Positions 234,253 through 248,000 of a DNA stretch of 248,000 bases are shown here, piece by piece. Numbering within the stretch: position 1 is the stretch's first letter; each line of letters begins with the position of its first letter. The DNA lies in contig JAMWBK010000008.1 in the NCBI GenBank assembly GCA_029953675.1, positions 1,632,001-1,880,000 of the forward strand, given 5' to 3'. Made by a program: the position numbers and the translations under genes. The notes under the pieces were generated by a model, which ran no database searches, was not told the DNA's origin, and saw only the letters and a program-made list of their open reading frames with translations. The stretch comes from Rhodosorus marinus CCMP1338 (taxonomy: Eukaryota > Plantae > Rhodophyta).

Positions 234253-237075
234253 TTGGCAGGTATGGCAAAACCGGGTAGGCAGAAGAGCCGGACGTGGGAT
234301 CATTTTCGGCCGGTCCCGGGTACATCGAGGATGCGATGTACGCGGTGCACTACTGAGGTTACAGCGAGGCGTGATCGTATGCAGAAGCACTGGGATGGTT
234401 GTGTGGCGCAGCCGCGCGAGTCTGAGCACAGTCTCATTACCAAACCCGGGGACAGGAGAGACGGGGATCCGCGGTGGAATCAACCCGGGAGGAAAAGAAC
234501 GGCGACTTGGAGGCACTTCAAGGACTCCCCGGATCATAAGGGTAAAGCTCGATGTGATAAATGCGGTTACGAATTGTCAGCAAGGGTCGACCGGATGAAA
234601 AAGCATCTCATAATCTGCCGTCCTGAGCTTGGGATTGAAATAGAATCCACAAAAGGCGTTAAACCAGAACCGTCACCTCCAGACCCAGTACAACAAACCC
234701 CCCAAAACGGCCTGGAGAGGACGGCCAGTCGTCGATTGACGGATTCCGACGTGAGGGCTCTCAACAGGACTTTGGGAAGGCTAATTCTCAGACATGACAT
234801 ACACATCGGCCTACTTGATGATCCGGAACTGAAAAAGTAAGAAACCCTCGAAGAGAACCCAGAAAAACCAACAATAGAAGCCCTGTCATTGACACTGACA
234901 TCAACGCGGCGCCGTTGGTGGCGACGAGGATGGTCTTGAACGAATAAGGACAGGCTTCCTCCTTTCAGCTCCTCGTTCTCGGAGAACAGAGATCGCTTAG
235001 GGTCTTACAAGCAACTGAACGTTTACCTTTCTTTTACAGTCTCTGGCATGGTACGGTTTACGTCCCTCCTAGTCGAAGGAGTTGGATGTCGGTGATCGAG
235101 GATCTGTGGAGAATGGAGAAGAGCAAGTCCGAAACTTTTGTTCAGAGGTCTAGGCGTTTAACGCTCGTCACAGATGCGTGTAGAGAACCCAAAACTCCTC
235201 ATTTAGCCAGCTTTATTGCGGTTAATGAGAATGGGGAGAGTGTCATGTGGGATATGTCTCCCGTGTCGGCGGATGTAACAGTAGAGAACGTCGGAGAAGG
235301 ACTAAAGATGAGGCTGAATCGTCTCAGACAACTTGAAAAGGTTGTTGCGGTTACTATGGATGGAGGTGTCATGATGAACAGCGTGCGGAGAGCCCTTGAA
235401 AAGGATGCCGCGTACGAAGGTAAGGATCGTCGTAGAAAAGCTGAATTAGCTCAGGTTGCTGCTTACCGCATCTGATCGGTTCATGTTTTTCCGGGCTCTC
235501 GATCTCTCAGGCGTCATTTTCGGCCACTGTTTGGTACAGCAGACGAGGAAGATGGCCAAGGACTTGCTGATCGCGGGAGGGGACCTGTGGACGAAGCTAA
235601 AGACAGTCGAGCGAATCTGCTCCCAAATTGTTGCCTCGAGCGAGGCGCAAGAGTTTCTACGAACGTTCGAAGGCTACAAGGAAGTAGAACCGCAAGGTGT
235701 CAACGGAAGTGAATGGAATTCCGTGTTGTATTGTTTGATCCGGATCACTCAGAATAGGCCCGCGTTAAAGACCCTGGTCCGTAGAGGTGAGCTAGCGCCT
235801 AGCTCAGCAACTTGAAAGCGTGGAGCTTCGCTCTCAGCAGGCAGATATTTCCCGCTAGGTTTGTCCGTGGGCATTGATTTTGAGGAGAAGGAAGCCATTG
235901 CCGATGAGGAGTTCTGGCTGGCCGTTGAAGGATTCATGCCTGTTGCGAGAGTCTTCTGTTTTCTTCAGGGACTATCTGAGAGTTGTGAGCTGACATCAGG
236001 TACGGCGATTCCGTTGCGTGTTTTAGAATGCTTTCAACAGTGTTGGAGATGAGCTGAGTTGTTGGGTGCTGAATTGGGTTTTTGTGCAGGCTGCGTGGCA
236101 TTTGGATTCTACTGGATTCGGAGGATAGTGCAGACGTCAAAGAACTTTACCGATGTGCAGCGGGAGACGATGACCGAGGCAATCGAAGAGAGAATTCGAT
236201 TGGCGCTTGGGAAGGAAGCATGCGTCTCGTGGTATCTCGACCCGCGGCTGAGGGGTGCGGGAATGAAGGATCGCGATATCCACAAGACATGTGTTGCGGC
236301 GTCAGACATGGCCGTTCGGCTAGGAATCTTTGGGGACGAGGAAGCTGAGAGTTGGAAAGACAACCTGTTCTTGGAATGGCACGACTACAAGGACGGCAAG
236401 GGATCTTTTGATCTCTCCTCTTGCTGGAGTCCGGCAGTGACCAGGAAGCCGGAAAGGTACTTCATCAGCTTGATGCTTTTCGTTTGTTCGTTTCGGACTA
236501 TCACGGTTACTCACAGTCCGTCCTCGTCTGTACCCAGGTTTTGGAAGCTTCATCAGGGCCATTCCGATCACGTTGCGAAGTTGGGCTTACTTGTCACAGA
236601 TTACTGCTGCCACATTTCGGACTGCTCCAGGTCGACCTCTAGACTAACAGCAGAGCAGGTGATGCGAGGTCCAGGTCGTGACCTGGAACGACTGATTGCA
236701 ACGGAGTCCGTGAAGTGGTCAAGCAGAAAGTTGCTAGACGCTGGAAAGATCCAAAGGAGAATGGCGTACCTCATGAGGGAATACCGAGCTCTGCATCCAT
236801 CAAGCAGTGTCGAAGGACCGGATTCTATTTCGAATACCTGGGAGAATCGGGGTATTAGGTCTCGGCCGTCGAAGCAAGTGGAGGAAGAAGACGGCCTCTG
236901 GGAAGATGTTACCGGTTCAGCGGAGGGAGATTTTCTCGACTCAATACTGACAGAATATGGTAGCGAAAATGGAGAGGACATTCTGGACCGGGGGGAGAAC
237001 ACGCTGCTGGACGCCAAGACGGATTTGAGATGTTTCGAGGAGAAGATGGACAGCTTGATATCAGTGGCCAGGTAG
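234253..237075 (+). CDS. Intron-containing, probably domesticated hAT transposase with two BED zinc fingers
   Basis: W.HF...C.RC...H...C twice; VTD, MDG, EWNS motifs; dimerisation-domain FWK.H. Confidence 0.75.
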
Positions 237076-240000
237076 TCGCTGAGGCGGATACACTGCCGAC
237101 TGCTCTTACCCGTTGGCGCTGTCGACGTCTAGCCGTAGTCTCTCTATGAGAATGGGATACTGACGGCAGGTCAGAATCTACCTCGCGATGACGCAGAAGG
237201 GTCGAATGGCGCGCTCATATCCGCCCTGGAAACTCGCCACCAGCCCGAGCAGGGGGAACCAGCTCTTTCGCCCGGGAAGAGCCTCCCTCCCTTGGAACGT
237301 GTCCGCGATAATTGCTCAAGTTATTGTTGAAGAACATGGAAGGAGGAAAGGTGCTTTGAAAGGGGACTGGCTGTAGCTGGGTATTCCGGCGATAGACGAG
237401 AGGAGTCCACTATGTTCGGTGTCTAGTCATCTTATTCCAGCGATAGAGGAGAGGAGTCCACTATGCTCGGTCTCTAGTCATCCCCCACTGCCGCGGAGAG
237501 ACGCATTCTCTTGCTAGAGATTCTGGTATGCTTAACTGACCCTTTTCCAAATCGTGGGAGTGGGACTATCAATTTGTTCGGAGCCTTGGGGCGCAGCAAC
237601 GACGTAAGTGGAAAGGTGGTTCGTACAAGTTTCTACTCGAGCTGGTACAGTTTACGAAATCTGGCCTGGGTGGTCTGAATAGAAGAGGTTTGGTAGTATC
237701 TAAAGAACGAAACCAGTGTACAGACAAAACAGGAGCAATGGAAGAGCTGCAGGCCTTTCTTGCTCGGAGCTATGGAAACGGACAAGAGCAGGCTTTCAAA
237801 TATGTGGCAACCATTTTTATCGGGAAGTTTGGACGCCATGGAATCAGCATCCATTTCTATCGCAGCCACCGCCCGCTTGCGACCAAAACGCCTCCACCAA
237901 TAAGCGGCGACCACGAGCATGCCACGGACGGCCACCAACATTTGCTGAGGAAGTTGATAGGAACATTCCTAACTATGATCCCTGTGTAGTAGAAAATGAA
238001 AAAGGCTCGAACTCTAGGGTTTTCTGGTCCCCACCATCTAAGATCTAGATTTGTTTCTGCGACAAAAAAAAAAATGAAAACTTAACAACGCCAAAAGCGG
238101 AGATTGCCCCCGCCTCACGGAGGCGCATTTGCAACACGCATCTTGTGTAGCCACTTCAAGAAATGAGTCGCGACCGACAGCTTTTCATACCAAAGCCCTA
238201 ACTTTGCGTCGAAACTCGGGCCGCGAGAGCATGGTCTCCTCGGAGCTTTTGTACTCGCATTCAATCACAGCAAACCCCCCCCTTTCCTTTTCAGACGGGC
238301 GGATCGATGGTTTTTTCAAATTAATGAAGAAAATTCGCCGTCCTTAAGCAAGGCCGCATTATCGACCATTTGTTCTTGACTGAAGAAATTAAACTCTTTC
238401 AAATATTTTATTTAGTTTTCTCAATGAGAGCCTTTCGCTAAGGGGGTGGAAAACGAATTTAGAAATATTGCATGGGGGTTAGGAGCTGTTCGCTCAACAA
238501 ACGGATTTCGATTTAGAAACATTGCATGGAGTAGGCGCGTTCACTGGCACCTTTTTTTTGGGAAGGTTTGGGTTGTTGTACAAGGCCCGGCTCGTCGCGG
238601 GGGAATTGGGGAGCTCAGGTTTTCCTTCTCGAGTAAATACCAGTCTCCTAAAGCTGGCGGAATTGATAGACTCGTTTGCTACTCGAGCGTTAACGGGTAC
238701 CACCTGCTGTTGGCGACGAGTACAATCTCTTCTTATTAAAGAGTGGAGCCAGACTTGAGAACGTGCAGCCCTCAGAATCTTGCGAGGCAGAAGTGCGACA
238801 GGTCGGATGCTGAACAACAAGGCGCTCTCGTAAACGACGCTGAGACAGGCTTGACACGCCTCCAACACTCTCACACCCACAATCGTCTTTGTAACACAGC
238901 ACAGAATCCAGCTACTCAAGGCTTCTTGCTGAAGCATACAACTTTCGTCTCTCTACCATCTATTCATCTCGTACCTCCAAAGGCGCCGTTTAGATCGCTG
239001 GTTGCTTTGGTGCAGGGCTCCTCTTAAGGCTCTCGTTCAACAGCCTCCAAAGCCCGAAGAACTGCTTGGATGGCGCGGCTGTTTAGGTGGCTGAGCTCTT
239101 ATCCATCCCGTCTATAATCTCCCAAGGCGCAGCTCAAATGCTGGCTGCTTTGGAGCTGGGCTCTCTCTACCTGAAGGGCTCCTAGGGGGCGATCTGGTCT
239201 AACGGCCTCTATAGCCACTGAGGTGCCTTGTATTAGAAATCCATTTTGTTTTTGATCACAACCATCATTCCCTCCTCAGGGGTTACGGCGGGAGGAGATC
239301 TTAATTCCGTCTAGAAACCACCACCACCACAGAAGCTCCGACAAAACAAAAATTCAAATGATTCAGGAAAGACATGCAAATCGCGACTCTACCGCAAACT
239401 CTACAAAGAGTTGGTAAGCCTCGCGTAATGAAATGCGACACCTTTCAGAAACTACCAAAACACAAAATAAACATACTTAAAATATTGTATTTTTCATGTC
239501 TAGTTTTTTCTTTTTCATCTCGGACCATCAGTTGAAAAAGAATTGCAGTAGAAGCAGAATCCACCTAATTATTAATTTATTATGATATCTAGAAAATTTT
239601 GAACCTATACAAGGGGGGGAAACGTATCTTGACACGAAATTTATATTTGAATGTTTTCTTCACCATTTTCTGTAGTACAAAAAAGTGATTAAAAATTGAG
239701 ACATATATCCAGTTCTTCTTCAGGTTAAAAAAATGGATGAAAATGTTCTTCGAATATTTGCATTTCAATTGTCATAAAAACGAGGTTACCAGCAAAAGTA
239801 CTTCTGAAGTGGAAGAGGAGGAAGGAGGATGGGGAGGGGTTGGAAATTAATCAATAAACGAGTCAAACCATTTTGAGTATTCTATCAGAAACGGGGGGGT
239901 GGGTCGGGATTCCTTTATATAATATATAAAAGAAAATTTCTTGTTTAGATGAAAGAGACTAGAAAGGGAAATCCCCCCGGTAACGACCACTGCGAGATCA

Positions 240001-241132
240001 AATCATGGTCTTTCGTTTTTCATATACAAAAGACGATACCTTTACTGGTATTATCATTTTTTGAAATATTGAAAATATTATATCGTCTATCCAGTATAAC
240101 GATTAGAACGATGTGGGGTGGGGTGGATCCCGGCAAGGGCATCCAGTTTTACTCACTCTTTCACAATTTTAACCAAATTTGTTTTTGTATCCAATTTTTT
240201 TTTTTTTGCAAAGTATCTCAAAACCTTGAAAAAAGTAATTCGTGGTTTAATAGGTCCAATTCCATCTCACCTTGCGTGATTTACCCATCAAGACGTCCAA
240301 CCCCCCCATGTTTCAAGCGGCTGTCACCACTATCGATTATTCAATTAAAAAATAAATATACCCAATCAAAATCTCCCATGTTAGTTCCCACAATATTGAA
240401 AGTGTTTAGAAAAATAAGGGGTCCTGGTCAGATATCCTTTTCAGCATTTGTTTTCCGTTTTTAATATTGTGTTTTGGAAATATTTATTACAAAAACCGTT
240501 AATGGGGGGTTTGTGAGCGTTTTTAGTGAACCTGTCAGATTAGTTTTGTTTGTTTTTTGAGGGTCTAGTGGAAAACTAACCACTCTCACCCAATAAACCC
240601 AATCAAAATCTCCCATGTTAGTTCCAACAATATTGAAAGCATTTAGAAAAATAGAGGGTCCAGGTCAGATATCCTTTTTGGCATTTGTTTTCTGTTCTTG
240701 ATATTGTGTTTTGGAAATATTTAAGGGACCATCCGTTTAGTGGGGGGTATGAACATTTTTAGTTAACTTTCTTGTATTAGTTTTTGTTTGTTTTTTGAGG
240801 GTTTAGTCGAAAACTAAACACTCTAACCCCAACTGGGAGGAGAGTGAGAAAAATGTGGGGGGGGGGTGGTTTGGACGGGGCCAACGCGGAAGTAACATTG
240901 GTAGGTTGGTTGACATTGAATGTCAACGGGTTACCACAGATCGTGAATGGAAAGGGAGTTTCCCCCGATGAGGTATAAATAAGCTGAGCATGGGAGGAAA
241001 GAGCGAATGGAAGAGGAGGGGGGAGGGTTTGGTATCTCAGAGAGTTTTGGGCTGTAGGAAGACCTTGTTGAGCCGTCTCCTTGTTCTGTCTCTGTGTTAG
241101 TTGTTCTGTGTGATTTTGCGGCGAGCGGAAGG

Positions 241133-242392
241133 ATGTCTTTGAAAAAGCTAACGTTGCCGGATAATGTTTGTATTGCGGAGTACGTCTGGTTGGATGGGTT
241201 TTACAAGCTGAGATCCAAGGCGAGAACGCTTGACGAGGTCCCGACCTCTGCGGAAGATCTGCCGGAGTGGAACTACGATGGATCGTCCACTGGGCAGGCT
241301 CCGGGAACGGACTCTGAAGTCATCCTTAGACCCCAGGCGATCTATAAGGATCCATTCCGTGGTGCACCTCATATACTCGTCATGTGTGACACATACAACC
241401 CTCAGGGACTTCCTCTCGAGACAAACCAGAGGCACGACTGTGCTATCGTCATGCAAAAGGCCAAGGATCTCCTCCCGTGGTTCGGGTGTGAGCAGGAATA
241501 CTTCCTGATCGATAAGGCTACCGGCAGACCACTTGGATTCCCAGCGGAAGGGTACCCACTCCCTCAGGGTCCGTACTACTGCGGTGCTGGGGCCGGAAAG
241601 ATCTTTGGGCGCGATGTTGCGGAGGAGCACTACATTGCGTGTCTTTACGCTGGAATCAAGATGAGCGGAATCAATGCCGAGGTCGCTCCAGGCCAGTGGG
241701 AGTTCCAGATTGGTCCCGCTGTCGGCATGGAGGAAGGGGACATGATGTGGATGGCCAGGTATATCCTCGATCGAGTTACCGAGAACTACAACATGACAAT
241801 TTCCTACGACGCAAAGCCAGAGAAAGGTAAGCTTCGGCTCGAACAGATTCAACCTCAGGATTACGGACTTGGCATTGATCAATTTGGTCTGTTTCTGGCT
241901 TGCAGGGGACTGGAATGGATCCGGAGCCCACACCAACTTCTCAACTCAGCCAATGCGTGACGAGGGTGGCTACGAGGGTGCTATTATTCCCGCCCTTGAG
242001 CGCCTTGCCCTCAAGCACAAGGAGCACATTGCTGCATACGGCGAGGGCAATGAGCACAGGCTCACAGGGACGCACGAGACTTCTAGCATGGATAAGTATG
242101 TAGAGCTGACTTCCACTTTTAATGGGGGATCTGCCTTAAGTGTGGAGCGGAGACTGACCCAATTTTCTTGTGTCGATCTTTTCACCCGAATAGATTTAGC
242201 TATGCAAAGGCTGACCGTGGAGCGTCCGTCCGAATTCCGAACACCACTTATGCTAGTGGTAAGGGCTACTTTGAAGACCGCCGCCCGTCGGCATCGATGG
242301 ATCCGTACGTTGTTACAAAACTGCTGGTCAGCACCTGCTGCGATATCCCACTTCCGACAACCAAATTCTCTGAAACGCGGGCTGAACACTAG
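241133..242392 (+). CDS. GLN: Glutamine synthetase type II, two introns
   Basis: [41 protein letters not shown]. Confidence 0.97.
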
Positions 242393-242879
242393 GAGCTGTT
242401 CGGTTTGGTTTTTCCATTCTAGTGCTCCCTTGTTATATTTGAAAAAAGCAAAATGCTCATTTTTAAAGGAGACGTGTTGGCCGAGGTCACACATATACAG
242501 CCGTATTCGCATTCGAAGTCCAGTAGATTCTTTGCAACCTGCCTGGCCTAATTCCCCATCGGCCCTCCGGGCATCCTCTCCTTGATCAAGAGATTGGCTT
242601 CGCCCTGTATCTCCATCTACTCACGATCGTCTCCACTGAATTCGCACTTAGGTGGGCAACTTTCAAGCTGCAGCTATCGAAGGGCGCGATACTCACCGAA
242701 CCGGTGCACAATACTTTGAGCACCTCTTCCTCCCCTGAGGAAGCTAGGTCATGGCAACGGCTCAAAACTGCTGTTTTGTGCAGCACACTGCACCCAATCT
242801 ATGCTAGCTGAATTGCGTATGATTTCTCAAAATTTCCGAACACTTCCATATGCGGGCTGGCGGATTCAGGAGAACTCTT

Positions 242880-244560
242880 TTATCTTTCTCCTACTATCAA
242901 CGCGGACAAAGCACCTGCGAGGGCTTGCTGGTTCCTATCTGAGGCCTGGTTTCGTGCGCTTTCCTCGTCCAGGACCTTGACTGCTCCGTCTAAGACACGT
243001 TTGCTCACATTTCCACCGGTTTTCGCTGCCAGTCGAATAGCAGTGAGAGGCTTTCCGAGCTCGGCTAGCGAAGTGGCTAGCATGTGCAGGGCGTCGACAT
243101 CTTCCGCCCAACGCGCGTTTCTACGCGCCATCTGGTCATAAGCTGATAGGACCCGTACATAGTCTTTTCGGCTGAACCTTTCAAGTCATGTACGTTATCG
243201 GAAAGGTGGCGTGCGGTCAGCAGAAAGCCGCGAATCTTTGAGGCCGGACGTTTGCTCCGGCAGAACACGATTGGTTTTCATTTGAGCGTTAGCGAATGGT
243301 TTGGGAAAACCGGGACGTTCGGAGCGCGAGCTTACCAGTGCCTTATCAAGATCCTGTAGCTTCCCTTGGTTGGCTTTTCGGCCACGTTTACCATTGTATT
243401 CATGACCTCCAGAAACGAGTCGTGCTCGCGCCTGCATGAGTGCATGTGCAGCAGGGCATTCATCATGTGGATGTTGACCTGGACTCGTTTGGACACCACT
243501 TTCTGGAAAACTTGTGTTGCTTGCTGATACTCTCCTGCTAGCGAGAGGGCCATGAGCACTCTAGAGTAGTCAAGCTCGCTAACTGCGGAGCGCTCGTCGA
243601 GAGCTTGAAAAAGTCTGGAACCAGCGCGAAACTCAGAGCGCGAAGAAGACAGGGGGCATGTCCCAAAGGAAAGGGAGAAGATGCTGCGCGTACCGTGTGC
243701 AATCCGGAGCACTTCCCGCTCTCGAATACGCGCTCAGCAAACAAGACCGAATGCGATTCCTGTCGGAACTGGGTAAGCGCTCAGAGTCCTGCTCGACTTG
243801 CTTGATGACTTCCAAGTCGCTGGCGAAGCCAATATTGCGAGCAATTGTGGAGAGCGACTGCACGTCCATCGCCACGGTGTCATCCGACCTGAATTCTCGA
243901 TATAGATCCATCCTGCTCCTGGGACTGAGGCCCTTTTTTTCCATGGCACACAGGAGGTGAGCATAGATTTTGCTAGTTCTTGGAACCTTCTCCTGTTTCA
244001 GTTGGTAAAGGATCCATGACAGCCTGCGGACGTCTGCCCTCATTGCCATCATTCGTAGAATCCGAGGCTGTTGGACAACGCGCTTTTAGCGGCTCACTTC
244101 AAGGAATTCGCGGCGGAAGCTTCTTCCATTCAAACCTCTGGTGACCTTGGGGCCTTGAAGGGGCCAGTGGTTTGCTCAAGATGCTTCCTAATAGTTTTCT
244201 CATCTTCCTGAATCAGTCTCTCTTGAATCTCTTGGAGTACATGAGCGCGGCAATCCCAGTCAATACATTCTGGCCTTGTGAGGGTGTTCCTTTGGCGAGT
244301 GTCACGACTACAGTTCCACCCAGCTATACGCCCAGGGAAGAACCTTTGAAGCTTGTCCATAACCAGTTGAAGTTTGGGACGAAGAATCTAAGCTGATCAA
244401 TCTTAAGGTCCCTCCAGCAGACAGCCCTCTTTGACGCACTTCCACGACAACTTCTCTGAAAACTTTTCACTTTTCGCAGCGCGACCTAAAATACGTAAGC
244501 CGATCTCACCTAATTCAATTAAAATTCGTGGGCCATAATGTGCTGAACTGGAGTGGCCAA
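242880..244560 (-). CDS. Pentatricopeptide-repeat protein, spliced
   Basis: Y..LL.A...G / NALLHMHS repeats. Confidence 0.7.
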
Positions 244561-245555
244561 CTTGACAGAGCCAAAGTCAAGTCTTCTGTCCGAGTTTGCT
244601 GCGCCGCTAGAACGTCACGATGAGTTAGTTCTCGATCCGAAGGTTCAGACAGCTGTCTCAGGATGCCACGAGTTTGAATTTGGATGATTTTGGAGGCAGC
244701 GCCCAGTTCGATGTTCGGCTGATTCATTTGGGAAGGTGGGCTTTGAGATCTTCTTGGAGCGTCGTGCCACACCAGCCATGGCTGTTTGCTCGGATATGAT
244801 CGCGAAGAAGAGAGGCGAGCTGGTGCAACCTTCACCTTCGCCGCCGACCGAACCGCGGTCTGCTAAAATGGGTGGGGGCGATCAGCATGACTCTCAGTTC
244901 GTACTAAAGGAATCACGTCAGAACGCAGTACCAAAGTATCATCATATTTAGACCTCGTGGATCTACCCCTGCAAGTTTCTTCCTCGGCTAAAACCTCCCA
245001 ATGAGGTGGTGCGCCATAGGCCGTCAGTCCCAATCCAACCCTCGGCTTGTGCCAGAACACTGTAATGACTGTGTTTCAATCCAATACCCAATTAATAGAT
245101 TGAATCAATCATTATTTTGTCGCCGTCCACGGTCGGCTCCGGTCGGCTGGCTTGCTTTCCGAACTTCTTTTGTTTTCAATAGAATTTCCGGTAATTTAGC
245201 CCGCTTGTGTTAACAAGCATAAACGAACATGAAATATCGTGTATAATAAGAGATATTCTTGTGTATAATGAAAATAAAAATGGGAGTTTTGACGTAATTG
245301 CGTTATGTATTAAGAGAGTGGATACGGCCGTCAGGTATGGGGACCGGACGGTCAGTGAAAAATGGATATTTTTTATTGGCCAACTGTTCGGGTTCCGTTG
245401 TTACCCGCGTCAATGTTAAGTTTCCATTTGACGGTTTTCAATGGGATAAGGTGGCGGACGGGGAGAGGGTTAGAGTCGGGGGAAGGACGGAAGTTTAGGT
245501 TTGGAAGATTTCTGGTGAGGATTGCACTGGATTAGGAAATTAGGAATCAGGAACT

Positions 245556-246993
245556 ATGGCGAAGAATAAGGAGAAGGAAGATAAGAAGGCTCTGGCCGAG
245601 GTGGAGAAGTCGTCCAAGTCATCTGTGAAGAAGGATTTGAAGAAGAAGAAAAAGAAGGATGTTGTTGATAACACCAAAGTTTCCAAGGACAAGAAAGATA
245701 AGACGGTGAAGAAGAAGGATAAGAAGGAGAAGAAGAAGGATAAGAAGGAGAAGAGGGATAAGAAGGAGCCCAAGGAGAAGAAGGATAAGAAGTCAAAGAA
245801 GGAGCAGAAGGCTGAGGAAGAACTGGCGAAGAGTAAGCTGGAAAAGGATGAGGACATGGAAAGTTCGGATGACGAGTCCGAAAAGTCTGAGGAAGTCATT
245901 GAGAAGTCAAAGCCTGGTGAGTCCCTCGGCATCAGAATCTCGACCTGTTTGTGCCAATGCTCTTAACGCCGGATAATGTTGTTGCCCGTTGTTTTCTCAG
246001 CTGTAGAAAAGAAGGATAAAGAGGACGCGGAAGATGAAAGTAGCTCTGAAGAGTCTGACGAGGAAATGAACGGAACGAAGGACGATAAGGAAGAGGATGA
246101 TGAGGATGATGCCGACGCCGAAGGAAGCGACGATGACGATGACGATGAGAAGTCGGAAGGCGACGATGAGGAGGAGGACGAAGATAAGATGAAGATTCAC
246201 ACTCCTGACAGCCACAAGAAACGCAAGTTTGACAACAACGAGGAGTCTACACCAGCGAAGAAAACAGACTTTGGAGACGGCGTCACAAAACTCTTTGTTG
246301 GCAATTTGCCGTTCAACGCCACCGAGGATGACCTTTACAACCAGTTCAGTACTTATGGAGAGGTCACCGATGTCTTCCTCCCCGTGCACAAGGACACCGG
246401 TAACAAGAGAGGTGAGCAAAGCTTTCTTTCTTCTTGTCAATCTCTGATTTTGACTTTTAGGAGTCCTCTTTCTGAACCTTAAAAACTGTTTGCATGCCCC
246501 TCCCGACCAGGATTTGGTTTTGTCACATTCTCGGATGCTGAGCATGCCAATAAAGCCTGTGAAATGGATGGCTCAGACTTGAATGGTCGTCAGATCAAGG
246601 TTAACCTGTCTCAGCCAAGAACTGAGGGAACAGGCGCATCCCCTCGAGGAGGTCGTGGTGGCGGTCGAGGTGGCTTTGGTGGTGGTGGCCGTGGTGGCTA
246701 TGGCGGTGGTCGAGGTGGCTTTGGTGATCGAGGCGGCCGGGGTGGAGGAAGAGGACGCGGTGGTGGTCGTGGAGGTAAGCTTTGTTTTTTCCTGCACAGT
246801 CAAGCATCTTGTCCTGGTTTTGTCTCTGATCCAGTGTGACAGGTTTTCGTTAACGTGGTTGTCGTGTGATTGCTAAATAGGATTCGGAGGCGGTAGAGGA
246901 GGACGAGGTGGAATCGGAGCTCCTCCGAGATACGTTGCCGAAGGATCGGACTCAAAGCCGCAGAATAGCAAGATCACATTTGGGGATGATTAA
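245556..246993 (+). CDS. Nucleolin/Nsr1-like RRM protein with Lys/acidic N-terminus and RGG tail, spliced
   Basis: LFVGNLPF, RGFGFVTF, (RGG)n. Confidence 0.85.
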
Positions 246994-248000
246994 CTGTATC
247001 GAACCAGTTTCTGAAAAGAAAACACATGTTCACTATTGCTGATTTTACTCGAACTCGACTGGGAAACTACACAATTGTTGACTATTTAGTACCTCGGAGA
247101 CTGTTCTCTTTCTCGGACATGTACTGCTTCACCGAACAACCCGCTCTACTTTTCCTAATAAGTCTGATATTAAAGCCGTGAACGGCCAGGAGAGAACGGA
247201 ATCACTTCGGAGCTCGCGGAGCTCGCGGCGGATAGAGTACTGTCGCCGCGACCATCGATCAGTCACATCTTGGAGACCCAGTTTGAAATCTTATTCGAAG
247301 TCGTGGACTGACAAGAATCTCTTTCAGCTCATCAAGGCCCAACCTCTGCACGTTCTTAGAGACGACTTTGCGATTAGAGGGCGGCTGAGGATCGTTGGTT
247401 TCGCGGGCGTGGTCGGGTTATGAAATTTTGCTAGGACAGTATATACTCCTCAAGACCGAAGCGATCCGAAGGCATTCGTCAAACGAGTAGGACCGGAGGC
247501 TGCAGAAATCACTGCTTTGTAGCCGGAGATGTCCCTCGTCAGCATATTCAGACATCGAGTGATGAGTTGTTTGTCGACTCTGATTCACCTCCTAGTTCAG
247601 CCCTGATTGGCGGTCACGGTTTCAACGCTCTCAACATTGCCCTACAGTAGATCATGCTCAAAGAGGTCTGAAAAGGCGCAGGACCCTTGGGCTTCACTTT
247701 CAGCAAGGCCAGAGCTTGGTGTTTCCAACACGTCCACAAACCAGCTTGAATTGCTGTCTTCGTGAAGACACTTCCAGAAACGTTTTTTTGGTCCCTAGTA
247801 GCTTCACATCCCGGGTTCCGACCGTTAAGGAAGGAGGGAGAGAGATGTTCGATAGCTCTCGCTAGCCTCGTTTGCTCGACGGCATCACGTGGCTTGCTTT
247901 GGTTTGAATGAACGACATTTTGTGAGGACTACACACTCACAGAAAGCGTCTTTACCACCAATTCTTGGCGTCTCTTCCGAACGATGGTATAGATATTCTT

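Overview
Eukaryotic nuclear DNA, most consistent with a red alga (Lhcr-type antenna gene, many 'MAF/GFV'-type plastid transit peptides, short GT-AG introns, CBM48 starch protein). This assignment is an inference; no database search was run. The window has two compartments. About 1-133 kb is an accessory, transposon-dense region. It holds decayed Ty3/Gypsy chromoviruses, Ty1/Copia remnants, and dozens of mostly 5'-truncated CRE-like (restriction-endonuclease) non-LTR retrotransposons from at least three families. These are interleaved with a cluster of secreted/extracellular-matrix genes: VWA-Pro/Thr proteins, RTX-like Ca2+-repeat proteins, parallel beta-helix proteins, GT25 glycosyltransferases and a trypsin-Hint fusion. 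About 133-248 kb is a gene-dense housekeeping region (HSP20, SEC20, THIC, Derlin, PTPA, CAP, USP39, MATE, TIC236/TamB, PRS, SPP, LHCR, SMC2, JMJD6, glutamine synthetase and others). Most notable observations: (i) a spliced trypsin-mucin-Hint autoprocessing gene; (ii) an unrecognised ~160-aa Cys-rich module shuffled onto VWA, RTX or no partner in five genes; (iii) CRE-like families with family-specific 3' tails, a GTGG insertion preference and self-nested arrays of 3' ends; (iv) repeated fold-back inversions of LTR-retrotransposon sequence. No rRNA, tRNA or CRISPR array could be supported. Boundaries of multi-exon genes and decayed elements are approximate.
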